Assembly (NCBI GenBank): GCA_047495785.1
Contig: JBLDXI010000003.1
Location: 1,426,001-1,490,000, forward strand
Source of the DNA: Lepidodermella squamata
Taxonomy: Eukaryota > Animalia > Gastrotricha
Length of the DNA: 64,000 bases
Direction of reading: 5' to 3'
Shown: in pieces, positions 37,244-50,300 of the stretch
How the letters are laid out: every line of letters starts with the position of its first letter
How positions within the stretch are numbered: the stretch's first letter is position 1
Notes under the pieces: model-generated
What the model was told of the DNA's origin: nothing
The model's input: only the letters and a program-made list of their open reading frames with translations
The model's database searches: none
Program-made: the position numbers and the translations under genes

Positions 37244-40195
37244 GAGTACTGCGCACTATAAAAAGTACTACGCGCGCATAATATTATAATATATACTTAT
37301 AGCCCGCATTCTGTGTGAAAAATAATGAATGCACTGGACAATTGACCAACAAATATACTGAGCTTTTTGTGGATGTTTCCATGAAATTTTCGGATTACCT
37401 GGTGGAGAACAGTCGAACGTATCCAGAAATTGATAAAAATGCATGTGTAACCGTGGGTTTTCTGCCGTTAGGCGACCTGATAGCGACCTGAAAGTGCAAA
37501 AACCTTGAAAAAATGCACCCACTGGCGCTTTTGGCGGCACTTCTTCAAGAAGCAGAATAGGTTCAACCACAGGTTTGTCACATTCCCTAGTAGAGCACAT
37601 AAAAGGCTTTGTGGGGAACTAAGAAATAGCTAGTTAATATGGTGGTTATCCACGGCTTTTCAGTCGTTTCCCTCCCGGCTTGCAAATCATAGAGAAAGTG
37701 AAAATTTGGTGTTTTCAGTCGCTCTTATCTCGAAAAAACCCATGGTTGCACCATAGCTTTTTGTTGTCAAATTGGAGCCGGCGCTGGGAGGAAGGTTTTG
37801 ACAGGAAAAGCAGCAAGGATCCCCACAGCTTATCCACGACTTTTTCGTCGTGATTAGCACTCACTTCGTCCGACCCAACACCTCGAAAATGCATGACCTT
37901 GCGTCTTTTGGAGCACTGCTGCAAGAAACGGTATGGGTTCAACCACAGTTTTGTCGAATTCCCTAGTAGAACACAACAAGATCTAACTTGGGAAGATAAA
38001 TTTAGTAAATTTAGTGTTTATCCACTGCTTTTCAGTCTTTTCCCTCCACTTCCGAATCAAGTCCGAATCGAAGGAAAAGTGAGCATTTTTCATCCTTCAT
38101 GGCACTCATTTCGAAAAAAACCATGGCAGCACCGTAATTTTTCGTAGTCAAATGGGGGAGGCAATTGAGAAGAAGGTTTTAAAAGGGAAAAAAGCAAAAA
38201 CCACCACAACTTATCCACGACTTTTTCGTATGCTTAGCAATGACATTTCAAGCACAAAATCGAGATTCGGAGCCGTTCTATTCTGAAACCGCACAACGCG
38301 GAGACTTTATTCCAAGTCTCACAAGTTGATAAGAGTGCCTTCATCTATAAGGATACCATAAGGATAACTAATATGATGAATTGGGGTATCCCGTACCAAC
38401 AATTTTCAGTATTCCGTAAGAAATATGTTACTGAGCACTTTTCATTGTTCAGTGCGTGAAATCACAATGAAAAGTGCTCATTAGCATAATATTTCATCCT
38501 GCGTAATACTGAAAATTGTTGATACGGGTATGCATTCCGCCCTGAACCGTTGCCCTTACCGCGGCAACAAGACGCTCGAGATGCGGACCCATACCATTTA
38601 AATCCCTGGTATCTGTGGACTGACGTAGTACAGATTACAGATAGGTTTCCGATTATCCTTCTTGCCTCTCATGCTCGCTTGCATCAACTTAAAGAAAATA
38701 CGGTGGTAAAACCAGTAGATTTTGCTAATTACTCCTGCGGAATGCTCTTTGTGAGATGTAAGTAAGTTGGTTTCCCTTTGATTTAGTAGGAGTGGTAAAG
38801 GTACCATTTTGACACTTTGTATCAAGAACGCGGGCGAGATATTTTAAAATGCCCACAATGGCAGGTTGATTCATTGTTGCTAGTTAGCTAACGCGTGGAG
38901 GCTTTCCTAGACGATCGTTTTACACTCGCCGAGAGTCCACTTTCAACGACAGCAGGGCGTACGCGACCCGACCCAACATTTGCCGTGAATTACGTTGCCC
39001 GCTACCGCCACGGGGAGACTGCCGTTGTCGCTTGAACAGTAGTAAGGTCTACCATCAAAAGACTCATTTGGGTAATTTAGTTCAGGTGGATGGAAGGTTT
39101 TAGAGAACTAAATCGTTCAGCCAAACCATGGCTGCAACTCGAAAGCGAGAAAAGTTGCCAGTGGTTATTAGTACGGCCGTGCATGCCGCTGCAGGATCCA
39201 GCCCAAGGGCCAACCGAGGCCGCTACAATGGATCAGAGGGCCATTGTAGGCCACTACAGTGATACTTTTCCGGCTAATGGTTTTACCACCAAAATGTCTT
39301 GGATACGATGCAAGTTAAAACGGGTGTGGATAACTATGATGGGGAACGCATCTTTACTAAGCAGCTAAACGGAAACGAGCAACTGAAATCGGACTAAAAT
39401 CGGATGACTTTGGATAAAAACCGCATTTACTGACAATTTCTTACTTCCTTAGTAAGATCTTGTTGTGCTCTACTAGAGAACGCGAAATAACTGTGGTTAA
39501 AACCAATCTGTTTCTTGCAGCAATGCCCCAAAAGACGCCATGTCACGCAGTTTCGAGGTGTTGGGTCTGACGTAGTGAGTGCTAATCGGGACAAAAAAGT
39601 CGTGGATAAGTTGGGGTGGTTCTTGCTGCTTTCCCCGTCAAAACCTTCCTCCCAGTGCCTTCTTCTATTTGACTACAAAAAGCTACGGTGCAACCATGGG
39701 TTTTTTCGAGATAAGACAGGCTAAAAACACACCATTTTCACTTTTTCCTCGTTTTGCAAGCCGGGAAGGAAAAGACTTCAAAGCCGAGGATGACAACCAT
39801 ATTAACTGGCTATTTCTTACTTCACTAATAGGCTCTCCATGTGCTTTGCTAGGGAATGTGACAAACCTGTGGTTGAACCCATTCTGCTTCTTGAAGAAGT
39901 GCCGCCAAAAGCGCCAGTGGGTGCATTTTTTCAAGGTTTTTGCACTTTCAGGTCGCTATCAGGTCGCCTAACGGCAGAAAACCCACGGTTACACATGCAT
40001 TTTTATCAATTTCTGGATACGTTCGACTGTTCTCCACCAGGTAATCCGAAAATTTAATGGAAACATCCACAAAAAGCTCAGTATATTTGTTGGTCAATTG
40101 TCCAGTGCATTCATTATTTTTCACACAGAATGCGGGCTATAAGTATATATTATAATATTATGCGCGCGTAGTACTGTTTATAGTGCGCAGTACTC
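37244..40195. mobile_element. Foldback-like element with about 700-bp inverted arms
   Basis: 37244-37595 is nearly identical to the reverse complement of about 39845-40195. Similarity decays inward. The left arm contains a tandem subrepeat of about 377 bp. Confidence 0.85.
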
Positions 40196-42289
40196 TCTAT
40201 AGAGGTTTTTATCACTGGTCGCCTTTAGCGCAAAATCATCGATATGTGGTGTGCAACAACGCTGACGTTTTGCTGGTCTGTGTTCCAGAGCAACCAGGGT
40301 GCACAGGTGGTCTGTCGCAAGCCAGTCAGGTTCGGATTATTCAAAAATAATTGCACGTATTATCTTTCGTTGCTATTCTTCTAGTATATTTCTCAATCAT
40401 TTACTTCGTTTAGCCAATGCCTCAACGACACAGTAACACTCTCAGCGGTACGTTCCAATCGTCTGAAGAAAGATAGGAATCTCTGTATGACACCAACTCC
40501 AGAAATACCGAATTTGTGACTCTGGATCTGGATTACCAGTCTGCGTCACTGCAGCATTTGGGTGCACGGGTACTTTCAAGCCATCCAGCCAGGTTAATGC
40601 TCAAAACATTCACTGTGTTTCCTGATTAAAATGGTCTCATTATCCTACATAGTTCGGAACACTTACCTACGATACGCCAATTCAGTGCTACGCAGAAGTA
40701 TCCCGCATATCCGAGGTATGACGATTTGCTGTGATTTTACAGTTACTTGAATGGCAGACCGCCATAGCAGCTAATTCTCGAAACAGCGAACGCGACAAAA
40801 CAACGACCGCACAGTATTACACAGTACAGGGAGAATTTTCGCTGTTTTTTCGGTTTCGTTGTTCTGCGCATTCGCTGTTTTGACGTCTACCAGTTTACCG
40901 CCCTGTACAGTGGCAAAACAATTTGATAAACAATTATGCGCTTCTATTAATTATTAATTAATTCAAAATTATTAAGCGTTTTGTCCTCTGTCAATCGAAC
41001 GACGCAATGGTATTATGCATAACTGCGGCACCTGGTTGCACTGGAAACTTGCGTCGCATTGACGAGGTACATAAGTGGCTTTATTTCATTTCTCATGATA
41101 TGGGCAGTATAGAGAACGTTCGATTCGGTGGATCAATGCAACTCGGTTTTGACTGGCTACTATCAGGTGATTTTAGACCCCCTTCTCTCAACAAATGTAA
41201 CACATGAGAATAGCCAACGACAAGATGGATTCGATGCTTAAATGGCTCCCAACCATTCTGTCGCACTAATCAGTGTGGCGCCGGTGAATTTCGGGCGAGT
41301 CTCACTTTGGCTAAAGGTTACAACGCCAAAATTTTAACAGAAAACTTGACCTTGAGTCCTGATCCCCCTAATTTCGCGTAGAGGCTTTCACACGGAAGAC
41401 CTATTTTACTATCTGATAGGGAGCTGAAACTTATGCTGCCATAAAAACCAGCATTTTGACAAAAAAACCACTTGCAAGTTCACGCCTAACCCATATGATT
41501 GTGAGGCTGCACTATGTTGTTTTGGTTTCAGAGCTGAACTCCGTCAGCAAGGTAATCAACAATTTCTAAAGATATTTGTTTTGAAACAGCTCAAATTTAC
41601 GTCAGCGATCACTTTCGAATCCGAGCGCGCATGTCTCTCAACATTATATGCATGTTTTCACATGAAATTTGCTTTAAAAACAACATCATGTTTTCCATTA
41701 GGTGGCGTTACCTTGTTATCAACCAATAGCAGATAGGCCTTACTTCAACGTCGCTCCTGGTTATGATCACGTAGCTCCTCCCGGCTGCAAAGATGGGCAA
41801 GTTATTATACATTTAATTCTAAAGATGCCTACCCCTTATTTGCAATCTGAAAGTGCTGCCTTCACTTCCTTGTTGTCCATCAACTTCTTGTGGGAGCTGT
41901 TATCAAACGCAGAAAATTTGAAATCGGCAAGTTACAAGAAATATCAACGCCAATATCCAACTTCAGCTTGAACTTCAACGAAACAGATGAAATACAAAAG
42001 GACTCGAGGCTGGCTCGCTTTCGCGAGCCGGACGCCTCTCGGCCAATATCGGAGTACTATAACTCGTTATGTTCGACGCGAATCCACTATGTATGTTATC
42101 GTTCGGTGGGACAAAACGAGCCGGACCGGGTAGGATAGCTAGACAGCAAGGGTGAATTTCTAAAATTAAAAAATCCATCCTAATATTTTCACTAACGTTT
42201 TGCAAAAATCATTGCTATTTATTCATTTTTCGATACCGCGATTTATTTCACGCATCATTTTTGCGGTTGCTTTCACGGAAAATTGCTTA

Positions 42290-42650
42290 TATGGGACGCC
42301 CCGCCTTATTGGAACCCTTGGCTTCGAAGCTGAAGAAGAAGATGAAGAAGCGGACCAAGAGCGTACGCTGTTCCAGGCAGTCGATTGTGTCTTGCTGCTG
42401 GACTACAACGCTGTCCGCGCCTAACAATCGGTTTTTTTGGAAGAAGTTCAATTCCGAACTGCGAATAGGATCAAAAGAGCGCTCTACAAGAGGCTGAAGT
42501 TGGGCGAGCATTCCATCGACGCTTTGGTGAAGAACGCAGTGTCGAAAGCCGGGATTAAGAAAATTCTCTCCGGCCACTGCGTGCGGAAATGTACCTGGTG
42601 GACTAGTTGATGCCCAATGAAGTAATACCAGAAAGGGCGATGCGTAAATG
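42290..42650 (+). mobile_element. Degenerate Crypton-like tyrosine recombinase fragment
   Basis: One frame reads ALYKRLKLGEHSIDALVKNAVSKAGIKKILSGHCVRKCT (HxxR box), preceded by a frameshifted ...YNAVR-PNNRFFWK segment. Confidence 0.55.
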
Positions 42651-43410
42651 AATGCTCTTTTCAATTACCGAATCTTGAAGCTGGAGGAGCAGCCTCGCCC
42701 ATGCTCTCTTATAGTTCGGAGATGGAGCAGCCTTTGGATGATCCCAACGCGAGCAATCAACAATACAAGCTAGTAGCTGACTCGAACGGAAATAGGGACG
42801 ACTTCATCACCCTCTTTCAGTTCCGCCCTCCTACGGACCTTTGCCACGATGCCATACGTTTTGAAAATTTTGAAAATGTCAATAAAGTAATGATACCGCA
42901 ATAATGATTTGCATCTCTTAGAGCAAAAATGTCGGGCTTTTCCTTATTTATTAAAACAAAACTAGTTAAGAAATAAGAAAAATGCGTGTTCTTTTGGCTA
43001 GTACAGTCAGGGGCGAGTGGTCGAGTTAGGCAATTTGACAAATAAAATTAAGAAAATCCCCCTTAAACGTCTGTTATTTGTATTTTGGCCAGTATCGATA
43101 ATTTTTGTACCACCGGACGATAACGATATGGCTCATGAAAACATTTCCACATAGAATGCCTCCGATCAAAAGTCATAATAAATTCTGAGGCATCCTTTGA
43201 TGCCAAGCAAAACCGATATTATATCGGCTTTTAACTACAAGAAGCTTGCCCAGACCAGCGGAAATTTCTGACGGCGCGCGTGTGATAGCGGCGGTTTTGA
43301 AGTGCCTCGAATCCATTTTGAGAGGAAGTCGAGCAGCCGCATGACTTCGTTTCATTGATTAAGCGAAATTGTCATCTACACAGCCAGACATTTTCAACAC
43401 TAGACTGAAG

Positions 43411-46400
43411 ATGATCAACTTTTTTAAGGTCACAATTCTCGCCTCCACTTTGATCAACTCATTAGCGCAAGAAGGTCAATATTCAAATAAATCTGTGGAA
43501 AAGGGTAAGCGATATCGGTTACACGTCCTTGGCTTTGCGGTTCTTTCAGGGTATCCGGCGCTTGACGGGAAGACCTGCGTACCTTCCATGCAAATTGCAG
43601 TAGATGCAGCTAACAATCGGTCTGATTTTCTGGCAGATTACCACATAGAACTACGCGTGGCAAATGAAGGCGCCTCGGGTACAGAGGTCATGAAAGGCGT
43701 CATGCAATTCGACCAATACTTCCAGCAAAACAAGAAAATCGAAGAAATTCAGTCACCGATCATAGCTGGTCCATTCTTCACACCAGGGTGTCTACCAGCA
43801 GCGGCATCAATTCACTACTGGAACACGGTAATGATTTGCAACGGGTGTGCATCTCCAGGAGCTACATCCAACCGGAGACTTTACAAAAACTGGTATCTAA
43901 GCCGCATGCCACCAGAAATGATGGCATTTGCCAGGGTCAAATTCGTTAAGGAAGTCGGGAGATGGTCGAGGGTAGCTCTACTGAGTAATGCCCTAAATGA
44001 ATATGACTATTCCCTTGCTCGTTTCACGTTCAATACAATGACTCGAGCAGGCGTTAACGTTATATGGTACGACACCTACATAACTACGCCGTCTCAAGAA
44101 ACGGTCAAATCACTGCTCGGAGTTCACGCCAGGGTTATCATCACGGAGGGCAATGGTCCAGGCTTTCTAACTCTGCTTTGTCTTGCGTATCTGCTAGGAA
44201 TGACTGGGCTGAAATACGTTTTTGTCGCTTCGCCCTTGTTATTCACCGATCCCAAGGCTTACCCTGATCCTTTCATGCCGGGATGTTCCCGCGCTGCGCT
44301 GACAAGCCAGGTACGTTGAAACATATTTTTTTTAAGTCATCATAGTGTTGATGGACTGTTAATGCACAGCGATCGAATATCCTTACTTCTTTTTCTCACC
44401 AATTTCCCCGGAATTCAAGTGTGAAGATTGAAAAACCGCACGTTGGATTTCGTTAAAATGTTGTGTCTAGGCGATTGACGCTTCTCTCCGTCAAAAGTAA
44501 AAACGGACAAAATTGATGTTCGCACGCTCTAAAAATAGCTCGGATGTGAGTAGAATAATTGAAGAGATCGAATATATCGCGACAGAACGACTCGACTAAA
44601 ATATAAACAAATGGCGTATTGCTTTTAATTCGCAGGCACACAACTGACTTGGCGAAGATACAACAAGTTTTACGCCCATCTGTTTATGATCGTGGCTCTA
44701 GGCGAGTCGTTCTGTCGCTCAGTGCGATGTGTCATGGCACACTTTTTCAGCCTTTATCAGGATGCGATCTTCGATCCCGGAGCTGCCGGGGATGGAAAAA
44801 TGTTTTTTGCTGTATTTGCCAAAATGACTAGTCATTTCGGTGAATAACCGAGTGAAGCGAGAAAATTTTGAAGATTTTCTACTAAAACAAGCTCCACAAC
44901 CTCTCAAAATTAACGAAACAGTGGGATAAATTCTCATTTTGCTGTCCAGCCCGGCCGAGCTGGGGGGGGATGATCCCCCCCATCCCCCCCCCTGAAAGTC
45001 GCACACTGGCCTTTATATTTAACTTCGTACACCATCCCAAAGCCTGAGCCCACCTTTAACCTCAGCTGACCTTTTACCCTGAATAATCATGAACTTGAAA
45101 CCATGAATTAAATTTGAAAACCCCAGGTAAAAAGTGCATTCTACGTTGGAACTGTGACTGCAGCGACTGAAAATCACGGTCCGACAACACTCGGTTATGA
45201 TTTGTCGGAATTCGAGGCGAGATTCGACGCAGCGACAAACAGCCGTAGATCTGTCGAATACATACTACGTCACCAATGCCACGACACCATTCTCACAGTC
45301 CTGGTCGCTTTGAATGAGACTGAGAGGCTGCTAAAGACAAGGTATAATCTAACGTTGCGAGCAATAAAGACCCATCCCGAATTAGTCATGCTGACAGCGA
45401 ATGAAAGCATCAAATACATCGAACTGCACGGGCTTACCACAGGCTTCAAAAGGTACTCAGCCCGTCTTCACATGGATGAGGAGCCGCAAATGATAGCTCA
45501 GTGGTACCCGGAGAGAGGGCTCCAGCCAGTTTACAAAATACTTCATGAATATGGCAAAGACGTTTTGAATGATACGACTTATTACTCGGTAAAGGTCGGG
45601 GATGTAGTGTGGCAAACTTTGGACGGAAAACCGCCGAACGATGGGCCTTTGTCTCAAGTGATAACAGACAATATTCCGATTTCAGCCTCGGCAGCTTTAA
45701 TATCGATTTCCGTGGCTCTCTCTAGTTTCCAAGGATATTTGATCATAAGAGACAGGATGAACCATCAACGGAATCCTTCTGTTGATTCGGGTGTGTTTCT
45801 CCACGTGAAAGTACCGGTTTCAATAGCTACAATTATCTGTAGTATGTCGGCTATATTGTTCGCTTTACCGCTTCATCTCATCGGCGAAGATTGGGTTTGC
45901 TATTGCCAACTCTTCTTTTCTGTACTTGGAATTACCTTACTGAATGGGTCCCTTGTTGCTCGGCATTTTGTGTACTTCTCCACGTTTCAAAACTATCAAA
46001 ACGTGATAATGGTCAAGCCTAGTAAATCTCTCACTCCTCTAGGGAAACTGAGTGTTAGATCGAGCAGAGTCAGTATGGCGAATAGCAGGACCAGCTTTTC
46101 TCAAATGACATCCGCCACAGCCATAAATCCTAATTCGTACTCGATTCCCTCAGAAAATGCTGCTCCGAATCTTCGCACCTTCGGACTTTGCATCGTGACC
46201 TTTGCAATCGTCAACATCTCGGTATTAACAGTTTGGTTCGTCATAGGTGGTTTTGAGTTACGGAAGACTGACGAAAGCGAGAAGGCTTATGATGAAACGA
46301 GTGACACTTACTGGGCAAGAAATAGTCACTACTGCCATTCTGAGTACCAATTCGCCTGGCTTTTGGCTCTTTTCGCTATTCATGCTATTTGTCTCTTCAC

Positions 46401-46705
46401 TGGGCTTGCAACCTGTTATACAATACAGTGTTGGAAAATGAAGCTGTCCAATGGCGAGGTTGTATTAGTTCGTATTGCTCTCATCAATGCTGCTACTCTT
46501 TTTCTCACAACAATGCTAATTTTCTCGCAAAATAAGTCGCGCAAACGGTAATCACCCTTCAGCGCTAATTGTTCTCCTGTCGGCCTCGGTTACCAATCAG
46601 TACATTGTCGTTTCAACCGCATTACTCATTCTATCGTTGCTGACAACAATGGCGATTTTCTGGGAAACTTACTTTCGCAAAATTCGCTCAGCTTTGCGGC
46701 TTTAA
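43411..46705 (+). pseudogene. Second GABA-B-like class C GPCR paralog (exons 43411-44310, 45127-46705) with a frameshifting 49-bp insertion in TM6
   Basis: Strong similarity to the first GPCR and the same intron position. The ORF stops at 46551, while the end of TM6 and TM7 (LIVLLSASVTNQYIVVSTALL...ALRL*) continue in another frame from 46565. GCTAATT is duplicated at 46515 and 46564. Confidence 0.8.
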
Positions 46706-47382
46706 TCACGACGGCATTTGATCGGAAATGCAGCAGCAGGATTATGCGATGGGCACCATGGAACAATGCGAAGCCATCTACTCTAAATTATTCACACTCT
46801 AATTTCACATGCTGCTCGTTTGTGTAATCATATTGTAATGTCTTAAGAAGAGCTTTATTATCAAGCTCGATTACGTAGATGCTCAATGGGCACCGCGTCC
46901 TCGGTGTTTTGAAACAATTTTGCGTTGACAATTTCAAGAAACAGAGATGCTGCTTGGTTTATAATGAAAAACCTCAAATATGAAACCTGAGATTCAGCAT
47001 CAGAAGCCTATTAAACAACCTAACAATATTTTCTGGATTTTTTCCTATGAACGCCATAACGGAATACATTGGATCAAAGCTCTCAAGAAAGATTTAGTCC
47101 TCGTTTCACTCTTGTAGGGTATAGCTTTAAAATGGGTTTTTCTAAATCCATCCATGATTTGCTTACTGCTTATTGATTTTAGATGACATGAAAGCTATTA
47201 ACTGAAGGTAATATAATTCAAATTGGGCGCATAGATTACTAGAAGCTTTTCCCGATGGAACCTCACGAAAAGAGTGTAGCACGAATGCGTTACAGATGAA
47301 TGATGAAGCTATGATTAAGTCGTGACAGCTTCATTTTCAGAACAATAACATAATCGCGTATTCATCTTATTCGTTATACAAC

Positions 47383-50300
47383 ATGCATGCTCAGGCCATT
47401 TTACTTTTCTTTTCGACTCCTTGGATGCTGCTGGTCGCGGAAGCTTGCAGCCCAACCGCGCCAGCTCGTGATGCGATTAACTCACCCGCTGTCAACCAGA
47501 TGGTAGAAAATCAAAACGACTTCTTCAGTCATTTAAAGCTGTAATTATTAGTACATTCAATGCTACGCAAAAGGCGTCGGAACATGCAGACCGGATGCTT
47601 GTACTCCGGGCGAATCAGTTGTAAGCGTCTCAGTTAACTATTTATAGTAAGGAGCTGCTTAAAATATCAGTCTAACGCTAGATTTCTGACAAATTTTCTG
47701 ATCAAACCGTATGCCAGAGGTTTACAATGGTATTAATCTTTTCTGTTTAATTCTGCTTGTAAATTCGAGATTTTGCAGCGTTATGTCATTTGTGCCTACG
47801 GGAATGACACATTGACGTGCACACCGGCTGTTCCGGGTTGTTCCGGGGCTATGCGCTTCGACACACAGGTTACACCAGCATATTCTCAACATCCTGTTTT
47901 AATGATTGATGTACATTTCGGCAGTATGGAACTTCAATTTACGACTCAGTGGATAGTTGCTCTTCAGCTGTAAGCAAATATACTGCGGTAGGTAACTTCA
48001 GACATTTGCTCAAGAAAGCTCCAGTCACCCTAATTGTGGGACATCATCACCCTAAGTAGGGTGACTTTTCTTCTCCATTGCTGAAATTTTTATTGTAATC
48101 TAGCGGTTTATCGTTTGCGATTCGGAGAACTCAATACTAACATGCACCCCCGTCGCACCTGGTTGCACTGGTGGCTTGCGACCGTCCAGCCAGGTATATT
48201 TATATTTGTGAGGGATAAGAATTCAATCGAAGAAAGTTGAAGCTGAGTATGGAGATTTGGCAAAATTACGCACCCCCTAGCGTTCTAAAATGTTCAAAAA
48301 CACAAGGGAGCTCTATGATGATTGCAAATTATGGGATTTTCTCCCTCATTTCCCCCAGTTTCATCATTGGTGTTTATCAGTTCTTTTTAATGACCAAATA
48401 ACCAAATGAATCAGTTTTATTTTTCGTCCTCCGTAGGCATGTGATGTTAATGTTAGAGAGTAGAAAAAAAGGCCTTACCCGTGAGGGTTTAGGGGACGGC
48501 TGACGACAGGCGATCGGCTACAGGGGCCGACAGATCGGTCGCGAACAACCTGCTTTTGCCCAAAAATTCATAATTTTCGATGCTATTACACACTAATTGC
48601 CATTCATCCCGATCTCTGGCAGTTATTTCCGCTAATTTTAGATCCGCAATTTTGTGAATTTCAGTGCGTCGCATTAACAGGGTCGACTTACGAGGTCTCC
48701 CGCGTCTAACTGGCTCATTTGGGTTTTTAATATATTTCACATGAATATCGAACAAACCAATTTTAAGAAGACTCCTTTTCAAGCTATCGGTCCAGCGGGT
48801 TGGCGGTTTACCGCGAGGCAAGTACCAACTCGAGTCGACCGCTTTCCAATGATATATGGCATTCGTGAGACTTTCAGTGTCATACTCGTCTTGGCGAATA
48901 ATGTGCCCGAAATATTTCAAACGATGCTTTTCAATCATTTTACTTAATTCCAAAACGTCACAGATCAATTTAATATCGATGTTAGGTATATAATCTGTTC
49001 TAAAAAATCCCATAATGGTTCTGAGCCAGCGCATGAAAGTGACATTTAACCTTTGTTCCTGCTTAGTAGTTAGGTTCCAGGTTTCACAGGCGTAGGTGAC
49101 GGTAGGAATTACCACACATTTTAAAACTTTCAATTTTGTGGCTAGGCTTATATGTTTTCTGTTACACATCAGCTTGTTAAGAGCACCAAAACAGCTGCCA
49201 GCTTTCGCTAGGCGAGCTTTGATTTCCTCGTCCATTTTACCGTCTGATGTGATTATACTACCTAAATATTTAAAAGATGTAACTTTCTCCAATAATTTTC
49301 CATCTAGTTCCAGTTGATAATTGTTATCCTCACCATATCACCTTATACTGGGTTTTGCTAACACTAATTTTCAGACCAAGCTCCTGGCAGGCCTTGTTGA
49401 AGACATCAAGTAGTAATTTAATTTCCTCGTGGCTCATACCAATTAAAGTGCCGTCATCTGCAAATGCTATCAGATTCAAAAGCTGCTTACCAGTGATGGG
49501 GAAGCCACCCGGGGTGTCCCTCAATTTTTGAAAAATTTTATCGAACGTCGCGATAAAGAGTAGCGGGGACAGGGGGCAGCCCTGTCTTAAGCCCCTCCTT
49601 ACCACGAAAAAGTCCGAGAACTTATTGTTAATCCTAACCGCTACCTTGTTGAATTTATAAAAACTTTTGATAGCTTGGATCAGATTCGCATCGACACCTA
49701 ATTCGCATCGAGTGCAGCCCAGACCTTTTCGCGATCGATCAGGTCGTAGGCCTTCTCCAGGTCAATAAAAACCCAATGCATTTCTTTATTGCCGCAGCAG
49801 ATGACCTTTTCGATTAATCGCCGTAGAATGAAAATGCAGTCTCTACAGCCTTTTCGAGGTTGAAATCCAAATTGCCGCTTTGAGATATTGGGCGGGCCAA
49901 TAATTTTCCGCAATTTCCGCTCTAGAATAATAGCATTTCTTTTTATATTCAGCAGTTTATAGCAGTTCTTTTTATATCAAACGTTTTAATTATAGTTCGG
50001 CTCTCAAATCTACGAGTCTGCAGCGCAGTGCCGAAACGCCATCTCAGGAAACGTCATCTCTGGAAATGCAATCTCTGGGAATCAGACAGTTGGTCATCGA
50101 CTTGCTCAAGTTTCTGGGTTATTGATATCTTGAATTTAGCGATGGATCCGATGCTCAGATGGCACGACTCCATTCTGCCGTGTGAATCAATGCAGAGCCG
50201 GCGAAGTGCGAGTAAGCTTGCAAGATACATATATCGGGCTAATTTAACCCGCTAAGTTTAATGGAGGAATCCTATATACTTGGCGGGTTTTATTAGCCAA

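Larger units (their letters stand above)
31433..41971 (+). pseudogene. Cys-rich family copy C: headless and tailless cassette with an expanded module array
   Basis: Exons 31433-31495, 31551-31640, 34976-35038, 35175-35264, 37076-37138, 40240-40329, 40385-40447, 40503-40592, 40653-40715, 40977-41066, 41113-41166, 41214-41294, 41590-41649, and fused exons 8+9 from 41702. No exons 1-4 or 10-17 found; two damaged splice sites. Confidence 0.7.

Noticed and set aside
37268-40057. Matching ORFs on opposite strands (ECDKPVVEPILLLEEVPPKAP) as a duplicated gene
   Set aside because: A by-product of the foldback inverted arms; no recognisable protein features.
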